Assembly (NCBI RefSeq): GCF_000010065.1
Contig: NC_006576.1
Span: 1,920,001 to 1,952,000 of the forward strand
DNA: 32,000 nucleotides
DNA from: Synechococcus elongatus PCC 6301
GTDB lineage: Bacteria > Cyanobacteriota > Cyanobacteriia > Synechococcales > Synechococcaceae
Direction: 5' to 3'
A program made the translations under genes and the position numbers. The notes under the pieces are model-generated. The model saw only the letters and a list, made by a program, of their open reading frames with translations. It ran no database searches and was not told the origin of the DNA. Shown here one piece after another: positions 20,045 to 28,306 of this stretch; the stretch's first letter is position 1; each line of letters begins with the position of its first letter.

Positions 20045-21163
20045 TTAACGGAACTGGCTGCCACGGTAGAAGGGGCGCTTGACGACTGTGGCGGGCACCT
20101 GTTTGCCCCGAATTTCGACCCAGAGTTCCTGCCCAAGATTGGCCAAGGCGGGAGGGACGTAGGCAAGGGCGATCGCTTTGCTGAGGGTGGGCGACCAACT
20201 GCCACTGGTAACAATTCCGACCGTGGTATCAGCGATCGCAACAGGATAGCCATGTCGGGCAATATTCCGGCCAGGCAGCTCGAGGCCGACCAAGCGACGT
20301 TCGAGACCGTTGGTTTTCGCTTGCACAAGGCGATCGCGCCCGAGGAAGTCAGGATTCCGGTCGAGATGAACTACCCAGCCCAATCCAGCTTCGAGAGGAT
20401 TGGTGTCAGTGTCCAGCTCATGACCGTAGAGCGGCATAGCGGCTTCCAGCCGCAGCGTATCGCGAGCCCCCAGTCCACAGGGCACAACCCCAGCGGCGGT
20501 CAGCTGTTGCCAGAGAGTGATCGCGGCTGCGGGCGGCAGCATCACCTCGCAGCCATCTTCGCCCGTGTAGCCGGTGCGGGCAACAAAGGCCGGTTGACCA
20601 GCGATCGAAGTCACCGTGTGGCTAAAGCGCGGCAGTTCTGCCAGATCGCAACTGACAAGAGGCTGAAGGAAAGCGATCGCTTGGGGACCTTGAATCGCAA
20701 CTAACGCCAAGTCTTGACTGAGATCTAGGAGGGCGATTGCGGGCGGTAAATGCTCTGTCAGCCAGAGGCGATCGCTGTCAGTCGTCGCAGCGTTGACAAT
20801 CAAAAACGCCTGTTCGACACCATCGACAATTCCCTGCCAGTAGACAATCAGGTCATCAAGGCAGCCTCCTGCTTCATTCAAAAGCACTGAGTATTGAGCC
20901 TGCCCCGGCAACAGAGTCGTCAAATCACTGGGCAGCAGACGTTGCAAAGCCGCCCGAAGGCCGGAGCCGCGCAACTGAAACTTGCCCATGTGGGAAATAT
21001 CAAATAGCCCTGCTCGCTCACGAACAGCGAGATGCTCTTGCATGAGCCCTTGAAACTGCAGGGGTAACTCCCAGCCTGCAAACCCCGTGAACCGAGCTCC
21101 CGCTGAAGTGCACACTGAATGCAGAGGGGAAGACAAGAGAGAAACGGTCACAGTCAGAGTCAC
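20045..21163 (-). CDS. gcvT: Aminomethyltransferase, glycine cleavage system T protein
   Basis: 372 aa with FDISHMGKF, GYTGEDGCEV and the C-terminal KRPFY motif. The GTG start at 21163 is uncertain by a few codons. Confidence 0.92.
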   Translation of the reverse strand: MTLTVTVSLLSSPLHSVCTSAGARFTGFAGWELPLQFQGLMQEHLAVRERAGLFDISHMGKFQLRGSGLRAALQRLLPSDLTTLLPGQAQYSVLLNEAGGCLDDLIVYWQGIVDGVEQAFLIVNAATTDSDRLWLTEHLPPAIALLDLSQDLALVAIQGPQAIAFLQPLVSCDLAELPRFSHTVTSIAGQPAFVARTGYTGEDGCEVMLPPAAAITLWQQLTAAGVVPCGLGARDTLRLEAAMPLYGHELDTDTNPLEAGLGWVVHLDRNPDFLGRDRLVQAKTNGLERRLVGLELPGRNIARHGYPVAIADTTVGIVTSGSWSPTLSKAIALAYVPPALANLGQELWVEIRGKQVPATVVKRPFYRGSQFR

Positions 21164-21292
21164 AAACCAGAACTATCCCAATTGTGCGTCAAAACTTCGA
21201 TAAATTAGTGAATAAATTTGATGCTTAATTAATGGCTTTGAGAGAAAAACTACTTATTTTATCTTTGCAGGATGGATGTTCAGGTTACATTA

Positions 21293-22303
21293 CTAACCAC
21301 AATCTCTTTGAAGTTGTTCTAGTCGTTCAATTAAAGCCAGATATCGCTTTTGAGATTTAGGCTTATCGATCAAGTAAGAATGAACGTCTTGCAAATACTC
21401 AATAAAACTTTCAGGTGTACAAGGCTGACTCTGATATCGCAGCGTATGCCAGCGATGATAGCTATTATGAATTTCCTCTTTAACAACCAGAATATTGTCT
21501 ATTTTAGTAGCTAAGTCACTCCGGCTAGACTTGCAGAAAATATGATGGCCATGCAAATCAAATTGAGATCCCTCTCCGCATACCTCTCCAGTGACTTGAC
21601 AGCGATTACGAGCTAAACGCTTTGCATTTAAGATAGCCTGCGTAATTGCTTGTTCCTGTGACATCAATAGTTTGTACTGATAGTCAACACCATCAATAAT
21701 AGTGTCACCAACAGCCTCTAGCCAAGATTGTCTTGACTTGTTTTTATTTGATTTTTTCATGTCTTTAGATAGCTTTAGAATACCAGTATTACTAAAGTAT
21801 TCATCGGATTCAATATATGCTATATCTTTATTTGCTATTAAGATTTCAGCGCCTTCATAACCCCCTCCACCTTTTTTAATTCTGTCCATTGCACCATTAA
21901 TCCCTTTGCCATTGGTTCCAAGAATAGAAATAGCACTTCTACGATGAAAAAATAAGGTGTCTGACACTACTGCTGTTGACCCTGATCTTGTTTCTTGGGC
22001 AATTTTGCGCAGAACTAAAGCTCTTCGGATACGTTGCTGACGATGAGTAAAAAATTCAATTAGGCGGTTGAGGATGCCGTTGCCTTCTGTGACTTCTAGG
22101 TATTTGGCTATCGCAACAGCACCTTGCTCATAGAAATGTCGAATTTTTCCACGAGTAATCCATTCAAAATGCTCGCCTTCGTTAAGCTCCCATTCATCAT
22201 CTAGATTCGCATCAAACTTTTGACAAACCTTATAGAGTTTTGATTTGCTGATCTTTAGTGCAACTGCAGTCTCGTCATCTGTTAGCAAAGTGTATTGAGC
22301 CAT
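21293..22303 (-). CDS. Hypothetical protein with HTH-like N-terminus and C-terminal HNH (beta-beta-alpha-Me) nuclease motif
   Basis: The 336-aa ORF lies in an AT-rich segment. The C-terminal CQVTGEVCGEGSQFDLHGHHIFCKSSRSDLATKIDNILVVKEEIHNSYHRWH (aa 235-286, nt 21446..21601) fits the HNH pattern. The N-terminal LTDDETAVALKISKSKLYKVCQ looks like a small HTH. A GGGAGA Shine-Dalgarno lies 7 nt upstream of the ATG. Confidence 0.8.
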   Translation of the reverse strand: MAQYTLLTDDETAVALKISKSKLYKVCQKFDANLDDEWELNEGEHFEWITRGKIRHFYEQGAVAIAKYLEVTEGNGILNRLIEFFTHRQQRIRRALVLRKIAQETRSGSTAVVSDTLFFHRRSAISILGTNGKGINGAMDRIKKGGGGYEGAEILIANKDIAYIESDEYFSNTGILKLSKDMKKSNKNKSRQSWLEAVGDTIIDGVDYQYKLLMSQEQAITQAILNAKRLARNRCQVTGEVCGEGSQFDLHGHHIFCKSSRSDLATKIDNILVVKEEIHNSYHRWHTLRYQSQPCTPESFIEYLQDVHSYLIDKPKSQKRYLALIERLEQLQRDCG

Positions 22304-22306
22304 AAC

Positions 22307-22885
22307 TTATCTCCCAAACAACAAGGAATCGCGCATTTGCTGAAGTTTTGAAAAAACTTCTGGATTACCCCCAGCATCTGGGTGATGCTCTTTAGCTAGT
22401 TGTCGAAAAGCGCTTTTGATATCTTCCACAGTTGCTTTTTTAGGATCTAAGCCAAAGACAATCCAAGGTCGAAAGTTTTTGAGGACATCAATGCCATTGA
22501 TGCAGTTGGGTCCCACTTCATTTCGTTCATCAGGTGGTACTGCTACCCATGCGCGATAGAGTTCGAGCCAAGGCTGCTTGAGCCTTAAGTCGTAGTCTCG
22601 ACCTTCGATCGCAACTTGAAAGCCTTCTGATTTTTTGAGTTGGGTAACAGTTGAACAGTTAAATGCTTGGCAAACGCCTGCTTTCAACTGGGCTAGGCTC
22701 AAGGGTTTGACTTTAGTGACTGGTGGCTGTTTCCCAGTGCTACTCTTCCCGCGAGAAGAGACCTTTTGCGATCGCGAAAACTGGGCAAATTCTAGGAAAA
22801 CCTGTCGATCAATCCCGTAGCGATCGGCCAATTCTGTAGCGCGATCGATGACAGATTGTGGCAGCGCAGTCGATTTTGAAGCCAT
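22307..22885 (-). CDS. J-domain (DnaJ-like) protein with the J domain at the extreme C-terminus
   Basis: The C-terminal FGLDPKKATVEDIKSAFRQLAKEHHPDAGGNPEVFSKLQQMRDSLL (nt 22310..22456) has the HPD tripeptide. The N-terminal ~145 aa are unrecognised. The start is taken as ATG 22885 (MASKS...), but ATG 22894 or TTG 22912 are possible. The stop lies 3 nt before the downstream ATG. Confidence 0.75.
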   Translation of the reverse strand: MASKSTALPQSVIDRATELADRYGIDRQVFLEFAQFSRSQKVSSRGKSSTGKQPPVTKVKPLSLAQLKAGVCQAFNCSTVTQLKKSEGFQVAIEGRDYDLRLKQPWLELYRAWVAVPPDERNEVGPNCINGIDVLKNFRPWIVFGLDPKKATVEDIKSAFRQLAKEHHPDAGGNPEVFSKLQQMRDSLLFGR

Positions 22886-23026
22886 GCAGACCATGCCCAA
22901 AGAGAGCCGCAAGCTTCTACAGCTTATGGGGCTTTGCTCCTAGGTCAGCGACTTCTTAAATAGAAGTTCATGTTTTGCGTCACTGCGGAGTGCTATTCAG
23001 CCTAATGAGAGGTCGATCGCTAAAAC

Positions 23027-23713
23027 TTAGCTTTCGCGTAGGACATAACCGACGCCGCGCACCGTTTGCACAAGCCGTTTTTCGCCTTCGATCTCAATCT
23101 TGAGGCGCAAGTAGCGAATGTAGACCTCAATTACATTCGACTCGCCCATAAAGTCATAACCCCAGACATTCTCAAGAATTTGCTCTCGCGTCAGCACTTC
23201 GCGCGGATGCTCCATCAAAAAACGCAGAAGATCAAATTCCTTCATGGTTAGGTCGATTTGACGACCATTACGAGCAGCACGCCGCGTGGAAAGGTCGAGG
23301 GTTAAGTTGCTGAATTGCAGATGTTCTTGAGCAGCAGGTTCTCGTTGTAAATAGAGCTGGAGTCGCCGTAAAAACTCATCGCTGCGGTAAGGCTTTAGTA
23401 AATAATCATCAGCCCCTGCTTCGAGACAGGCAACGCGGTCTTCAACGGTATCACGACCCATCAATAACAGAATCGGAATGGTTAAGCCGCGATCGCGCAG
23501 CTGTCGGCAGAATTGCAGACCTGATTGGCCGCCCGCCATGCGATCGACGATGACTAAATCAGGCTTCTGAAGATCGATTTGTGCAAATAAATCCTGCTGA
23601 ACATTGGCGAGAGAGGTTCCATAACCGGCCTGGAGTAAGTCGCCTGCCATTTGTTGAGCCAAGCTGGAATCTGACTCGATCAATAAAATGTGTGGCGAGG
23701 CTGGCGCGATCAT
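23027..23713 (-). CDS. OmpR-family two-component response regulator (receiver + winged helix)
   Basis: 228 aa with a receiver domain (ILLIESD, DLVIVD, LLKP) and a C-terminal trans_reg_C pattern (LTxKEFDLLRFLMEHP...VQTVRGVGYVLR). Confidence 0.93.
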   Translation of the reverse strand: MIAPASPHILLIESDSSLAQQMAGDLLQAGYGTSLANVQQDLFAQIDLQKPDLVIVDRMAGGQSGLQFCRQLRDRGLTIPILLLMGRDTVEDRVACLEAGADDYLLKPYRSDEFLRRLQLYLQREPAAQEHLQFSNLTLDLSTRRAARNGRQIDLTMKEFDLLRFLMEHPREVLTREQILENVWGYDFMGESNVIEVYIRYLRLKIEIEGEKRLVQTVRGVGYVLRES

Positions 23714-23757
23714 AGTTCTTCCTCACTCAGTAGCAGTCTCAGTAAATGAGTGTGCCC

Positions 23758-24675
23758 CTAGCTTTGATCGGGTGCGCTAGGCTTGGCAACATGGGGAAGT
23801 CCCCAACCCAACTTTTCTCGCAAAACTCGAAAGAATTCATTTGGCTGCAAACGAATAAACTGCGCAGGGTAGCGCGATCGCTGGATTAACACCCGGTCTT
23901 CTGGCCAAACATAGCAACCGGCATTGCCATCGACCACCATCATCAAGCGTTCCGGTGTTGCTGGAAAAATGGTCATGGGTTCCCGATTCGCAAAAACCAA
24001 GGCGCGTGAGGCGAGGGAATGCGGACAAATCGGCACCAATTGAAAGACGGGAACATCCGGGGTCACAACAGGACCACCAGAGCTGAGAGAGTAAGCAGTT
24101 GAGCCCGTGGGCGTAGAAACAATTACCCCATCCGCCGCAATATCAACCGGAACATGTTTGCCGATCGCCACCTCAAAATGACACATACTTGTCAGTGGCT
24201 CACGGTGTAGTGCCATTTCATTCAATGACAGTGCTTCCCACCGAATCAACTCACGGCGCAACACTTTGACTTCCATCATCGTGCGCTCTTCGATGCTGTA
24301 TTCGCCTTTGCAAAGCTGCTCAATCGCAGCGGGTAAGCTGTCGAGATAAGCCTCAGCTAAAAATCCTAAATGTCCCGTATTGACAGTCAGCATGGGTACG
24401 CCAATCGGAGCTAGTTGCCGAGCTGCTGCGAGGACTGTTCCATCACCTCCCAAGACGATCGCCCAGCGGAGACTCGCATCAAAGCCGCGTGGCACTAAAC
24501 TCTCGACGGGGGTATGGCAGATGACGGTGTCGGGATTGGAATAGCCCAGCAAGCCGGACTGGCTTGTTGCTAAACGGACACCCCAGCCGCGATCTTGGAG
24601 TTGCTGCTGCAATTCTTCAGCGATCGTGCAGGCTCTCGGTTTGCTGTCGTTGTAGATAATGCCAACATCTGGCAC
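23758..24675 (-). CDS. nadK: NAD kinase
   Basis: 305 aa with [15 protein letters not shown] and [21 protein letters not shown]. Confidence 0.93.
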   Translation of the reverse strand: MPDVGIIYNDSKPRACTIAEELQQQLQDRGWGVRLATSQSGLLGYSNPDTVICHTPVESLVPRGFDASLRWAIVLGGDGTVLAAARQLAPIGVPMLTVNTGHLGFLAEAYLDSLPAAIEQLCKGEYSIEERTMMEVKVLRRELIRWEALSLNEMALHREPLTSMCHFEVAIGKHVPVDIAADGVIVSTPTGSTAYSLSSGGPVVTPDVPVFQLVPICPHSLASRALVFANREPMTIFPATPERLMMVVDGNAGCYVWPEDRVLIQRSRYPAQFIRLQPNEFFRVLREKLGWGLPHVAKPSAPDQS

Positions 24676-24774
24676 GCGAGTACTGCACGCTAAAGGCCAA
24701 TTGCAGTTCCGATTTTATCAGGGCTTGGGAGTCCCGCTGTGCTCGCGGGGATCAGGGTGGTTCCTGATCCAGAT

Positions 24775-25611
24775 TTAGGGCGATCGCCAGATGGCATCGG
24801 CCACTCGAGCCACATCGACCATCGCCGCCACATCGTGAACTCGTAAAATATCGGCTCCTTGGGCGATCGCTGCGCTACAAGCCGCTGCCGTCCCCCAGAC
24901 GCGTTGCTGGGGATCGGGCTGATTAAGGATTTTGCCAATAAAGCTCTTGCGGGAGACACCTACCAACAGCGGGCAGCCGAGCGTGGTCAATTCTCGCTGA
25001 CGTCGCAGGAGTTCCAAGTTTTGTTCAGCCGTTTTGGCAAAGCCGATCCCCGGATCGAGAATAATCCGCTCCGGTTGCACCCCCGCCGCGATCGCTGCCT
25101 CACGCCGTTCTACCAAGCTGGTTTGTACGGCTGTGACGACATCGTCGTAGTCGGTCAGTTGCTGCATGGTTTGTGGTGTGCCGCGCAGATGCATCAACAC
25201 GATCGGTGCCTGCCGTTCGGCTGCCAGTGAGAGAATTTCAGGCTCGAAAGTCCCCCCGGAAATGTCATTGATCCAGTCTGCACCTGCTGCGAGGGCTGCA
25301 GCCGCGACCTCTACCCGCGTTGTATCGACCGAGAGGATCGGCTTTGATCCCAGCTCTGCCCGCAGCGATCGCACAACAGGGATCACCCGCGCTAGCTCAA
25401 CCGCCAAGGGCACGGTTTCGGCTCCCGGGCGAGTTGACTGACCACCGATGTCGAGAATGTCCGCTCCGGCTTGCCAGAGCGCTTGACCTTGGGCAACGGC
25501 GATTGCGGGATCTAAGAACTGGCCACCATCGCTAAAGCTATCGGGCGTCACGTTGATCACCCCCATCAGGTAGGTCCGTTGGCCCCACTGCAGGGTTGAG
25601 CGATCGCTCAT
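24775..25611 (-). CDS. folP: Dihydropteroate synthase
   Basis: 278 aa with GVINVTPDSFSDGG, DIGGQSTRPG, DPGIGFAKT and GVSRKSFIG. Confidence 0.95.
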   Translation of the reverse strand: MSDRSTLQWGQRTYLMGVINVTPDSFSDGGQFLDPAIAVAQGQALWQAGADILDIGGQSTRPGAETVPLAVELARVIPVVRSLRAELGSKPILSVDTTRVEVAAAALAAGADWINDISGGTFEPEILSLAAERQAPIVLMHLRGTPQTMQQLTDYDDVVTAVQTSLVERREAAIAAGVQPERIILDPGIGFAKTAEQNLELLRRQRELTTLGCPLLVGVSRKSFIGKILNQPDPQQRVWGTAAACSAAIAQGADILRVHDVAAMVDVARVADAIWRSP

Positions 25612-25780
25612 CAGTTAATTCCTTGCCACAGCACTGCAGTGTAGGCTGAATCAGCACGGATTTTGCGACTGCTGCTTTCCCAGGGCGATCGCTTGCTACG
25701 GTCCGTAATCTTGCGAAGCCAAGCATGTGTCGGCACGGCCTGCCGTGATAGTCTGTCTCAAGTGAGACTGCTGCGAGATT

Positions 25781-26137
25781 GTGAATAGCTCCTTTGGCTC
25801 GACCCCGGATGGCCTCCTAGAAATTGAAGCAGTGCAAAAAGCGATCAATCGATCGCGTGCCTCGGTTTACCGCTACATCAACAGTGATCGCCAGCAGCTC
25901 AACCCACCCTACGACCCTCGCAAACTGAATCCAGAGTTGCGGACTGACCATCGCGATCCCCTGCTCTTTCACCCCAACGAAGTCGCGCGCTTTGCCCGCG
26001 ATGTCCTCAAAATTCGCCAAGTCACGGTCGAAGTCCTCAACGCACCCCAAACTCAAACCCAGGAATTGCTGACGGAGATTTTGGCAGAATTGCGGCTATT
26101 ACGGCAGCTCTACGAGGCGCAATTGCCGCAGAAATAG
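25781..26137 (+). CDS. Hypothetical small protein with putative HTH (excisionase/resolvase-like)
   Basis: The 118-aa ORF has a GTG start. The segment EAVQKAINRSRASVYRYIN resembles a helix-turn-helix. Composition is host-like. No further support. Confidence 0.5.
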   Translation: MNSSFGSTPDGLLEIEAVQKAINRSRASVYRYINSDRQQLNPPYDPRKLNPELRTDHRDPLLFHPNEVARFARDVLKIRQVTVEVLNAPQTQTQELLTEILAELRLLRQLYEAQLPQK

Positions 26138-26213
26138 CCTGCCCTAATCAAGACCCAGCGATCGCTCTCGCCTGAGCCTCGATACACATCACGGGTGCGA
26201 TCGGAATACCGAG

Positions 26214-26486
26214 TTAGAAGCGCCCGCCCCCGCCGCAATTCGCTTGCAGAACGGCCGGCACGGTTTGACCCAGATTGACGTAGGCCTGTTGAATTTCGGA
26301 GCGCTCAACGGTGTTGAGGGTGCAGAAGTTGTCATTACCTGTAACAAAGCGCCGGTTAGCATCTTCGACAATTTCCGCATCGCTGTTGGTCGCAGCATTG
26401 GGAGTGGTATTGGATGGCGGAGGATCTGCCGCGATCGCAGTAGAGACCAGACCGGTGAGGGCGATCGACAAAAGGAAAAACTTCAT
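26214..26486 (-). CDS. Small secreted hypothetical protein
   Basis: The 90-aa ORF has a clear signal peptide (MKFFLLSIALTGLVSTAIA|AD). The mature part has two Cys residues and ends CGGGGRF. Confidence 0.55.
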   Translation of the reverse strand: MKFFLLSIALTGLVSTAIAADPPPSNTTPNAATNSDAEIVEDANRRFVTGNDNFCTLNTVERSEIQQAYVNLGQTVPAVLQANCGGGGRF

Positions 26487-26526
26487 GGTTTTCTGTCAGC
26501 CACGATGGGGCTATTGTTCCCCAAGC

Positions 26527-26553
26527 AAAAAGCCAACCCGACTTGGATTGGCT
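26527..26553 (-). terminator. Rho-independent terminator after the PAM68-like gene
   Basis: The minus strand reads AGCCAA-(11 nt)-TTGGCT followed by TTTTTGC, about 70 nt after the stop at 26624. Confidence 0.6.
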
Positions 26554-26623
26554 TCAACGCAGATCTCAAATAATTCGCGTTCGTGGTCCTGTAGCCAAGC
26601 TAACGATTCGCTGTATCCCTGGG

Positions 26624-27118
26624 TCAGGAATCGGATTTGGCTTGCTGGCGAGCAGCTCTCGACTCACGCCAAGCGGTGATCATCCGACCACCATTCAAAC
26701 GAAACTCATCCCAGCCCAACAGGCTACCGTCTTGTTGCTCATCCCACGAGGCTGAGAGCAAACCGTAGGTCAAGCCCAGCACTCCTAGGCCGAAGCAGCC
26801 CATGGAAGCAAGGACCACCGCAGACGTTGGCAAGGGGATAATTTCGCGGCTAACGAGCCAGTAGCTCAGGAAGAACACGGCGACGCCCAAGCCCGTTGGC
26901 ACCCCGGAGAAGGCTAATATGCGGCGCAGCATTCGCTGGCTAACAGCGTCAGGAATGCGCGTTTCCTCTAGCTTGGGTTGCGATCGCGAAACCTTCGATG
27001 ACTGCTTAGGCTCTGACGCTTGAGTGGCGACAGGGGCTGGAGCCGCCGCCGCTTTGGCTGGCTTCGCTTTGCGCCGCTTGGGCTCAAACGGCAACCGGTC
27101 AGGCGTTGGTTTGCTCAT
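26624..27118 (-). CDS. PAM68-like photosystem II assembly factor (DUF3464 family)
   Basis: 164 aa with a basic Ala/Pro/Lys-rich N-terminus, then RIPDAVSQRMLRRILAFSGVPTGLGV, two transmembrane helices and a SASWDE tail. Family recognition is from memory (Sll0933/PAM68). Confidence 0.7.
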   Translation of the reverse strand: MSKPTPDRLPFEPKRRKAKPAKAAAAPAPVATQASEPKQSSKVSRSQPKLEETRIPDAVSQRMLRRILAFSGVPTGLGVAVFFLSYWLVSREIIPLPTSAVVLASMGCFGLGVLGLTYGLLSASWDEQQDGSLLGWDEFRLNGGRMITAWRESRAARQQAKSDS

Positions 27119-27123
27119 CGGCC

Positions 27124-27393
27124 TTAGCCGCGGATACCGAGGCGCTCGATCAGGGCTTTGTAGCGATCGCGGTCTTGCTTGAGGATGTAAGCCAGCAGGC
27201 GTTTCCGCTGACCGATCAACCGCAGCAGACCTGTGCGGGAGGCAAAGTCTTTTTTGTTTTGCTGCAGGTGTTGGCTCAGGCGGCTAATCCGCTCGCTCAA
27301 CACGGCCACTTGCACATCCGCCGAGCCAGTGTCGGTGGGGTGGATCTGGTAGGCCTCAAAAATTTCCTGCTTACGGGCTTGGGTCAGGGACAT
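27124..27393 (-). CDS. rpsO: 30S ribosomal protein S15
   Basis: MSLTQARKQEIFEAYQIHPTDTGSADVQVAVLSERISRLSQHL...RLGIRG gives 89 aa from the ATG at 27393. The track ORF start at 27432 is an upstream in-frame extension. Confidence 0.95.
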   Translation of the reverse strand: MSLTQARKQEIFEAYQIHPTDTGSADVQVAVLSERISRLSQHLQQNKKDFASRTGLLRLIGQRKRLLAYILKQDRDRYKALIERLGIRG

Positions 27394-27438
27394 GGAACTC
27401 AGTCGCGCTTCAGCAAACTCTGATAGTAGCATGGCCGA

Positions 27439-28062
27439 TCAACGGCTAAGCCATGCGATCGCTTCACGAATCCAATCTTCGGCGGGCTGCCCCGACTGGA
27501 CAAGATTTTCTTGGGCGATCGCGGTCAAGGCTTGCAGGATTTCGCGATTGTTGTATCCCAGCGCCAGCAGGGTCATTTCCACATCCTCCTGTACTGCTGC
27601 GATCGGGGCTGCCGTCGCACTGGGGAGCAGGCCCGCCTCTTCGCGCCACTCCGCTAATTTGCTACGCAACTCCAAGGCGAGTCGTTCTGCGGTCTTCGCA
27701 CCAACGCCGGGAGTCCGGCTCAGCAGACGCGTATTGCCCGCCACGATCGCCTGCACTAATTCCGCCAGACTTAAACTGTCGAGCAGCGCTAGCCCCAACT
27801 GGGGGCCAATCCCGCTGACGCTGATCAGCTGCCGAAACAGATCGCGCTCTGCCATTTGCAAGAAACCAAACAGCAGCCACTGATCTTCTCGGACCTGAAG
27901 ATGGGTGAACACTTGTAGGGATTGACCAGCGGCAGGCAGCTCTACCAGCGATCGCGCTGGTGTTTGCACTTCGTAGCCAACTCCCTGCACATCTAATAAG
28001 AGCAAGAGTCGGCCGCTCTGCTTGCGAACGCCAGCCAGAGAACCTTGGAGATAGCCAATCAT
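27439..28062 (-). CDS. ruvA: Holliday junction DNA helicase subunit RuvA
   Basis: MIGYLQGSL... begins at ATG 28062. It has HhH motifs (ISVSGIGPQLGLALL, LSRTPGVGAKTAERL). Confidence 0.92.
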   Translation of the reverse strand: MIGYLQGSLAGVRKQSGRLLLLLDVQGVGYEVQTPARSLVELPAAGQSLQVFTHLQVREDQWLLFGFLQMAERDLFRQLISVSGIGPQLGLALLDSLSLAELVQAIVAGNTRLLSRTPGVGAKTAERLALELRSKLAEWREEAGLLPSATAAPIAAVQEDVEMTLLALGYNNREILQALTAIAQENLVQSGQPAEDWIREAIAWLSR

Positions 28063-28306
28063 GACGGTCTGCGGAGTCAATGCCTGCGATCGCTAATCCT
28101 ACGGGGCGGCGATCGTGAAATGACCGGTTGCTCCCACCCTAGGATCCTGCCTAGAAATGTCCTGCAGCGACCGATCCCAGATGAGACGGTTGTAATTCTC
28201 TCTAAACATTCGAAAGGAAGTCTGAAGTTCTGAGGGGATCGCCCGACGAATCGAATTGGGCTGGTTAAGCTGAAAGGGCCGCAAATCAAGGCTTATTGAG
28301 GCAGTT

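Noticed and set aside
21164-23026. att-like direct repeats or inverted repeats bounding the AT-rich cassette
   Set aside because: Only a trivial 7-mer (AAAACTT) is shared between the left (21164..21292) and right (22913..23026) flanks. No integrase, transposase or TIRs are visible, so the insertion mechanism cannot be inferred.
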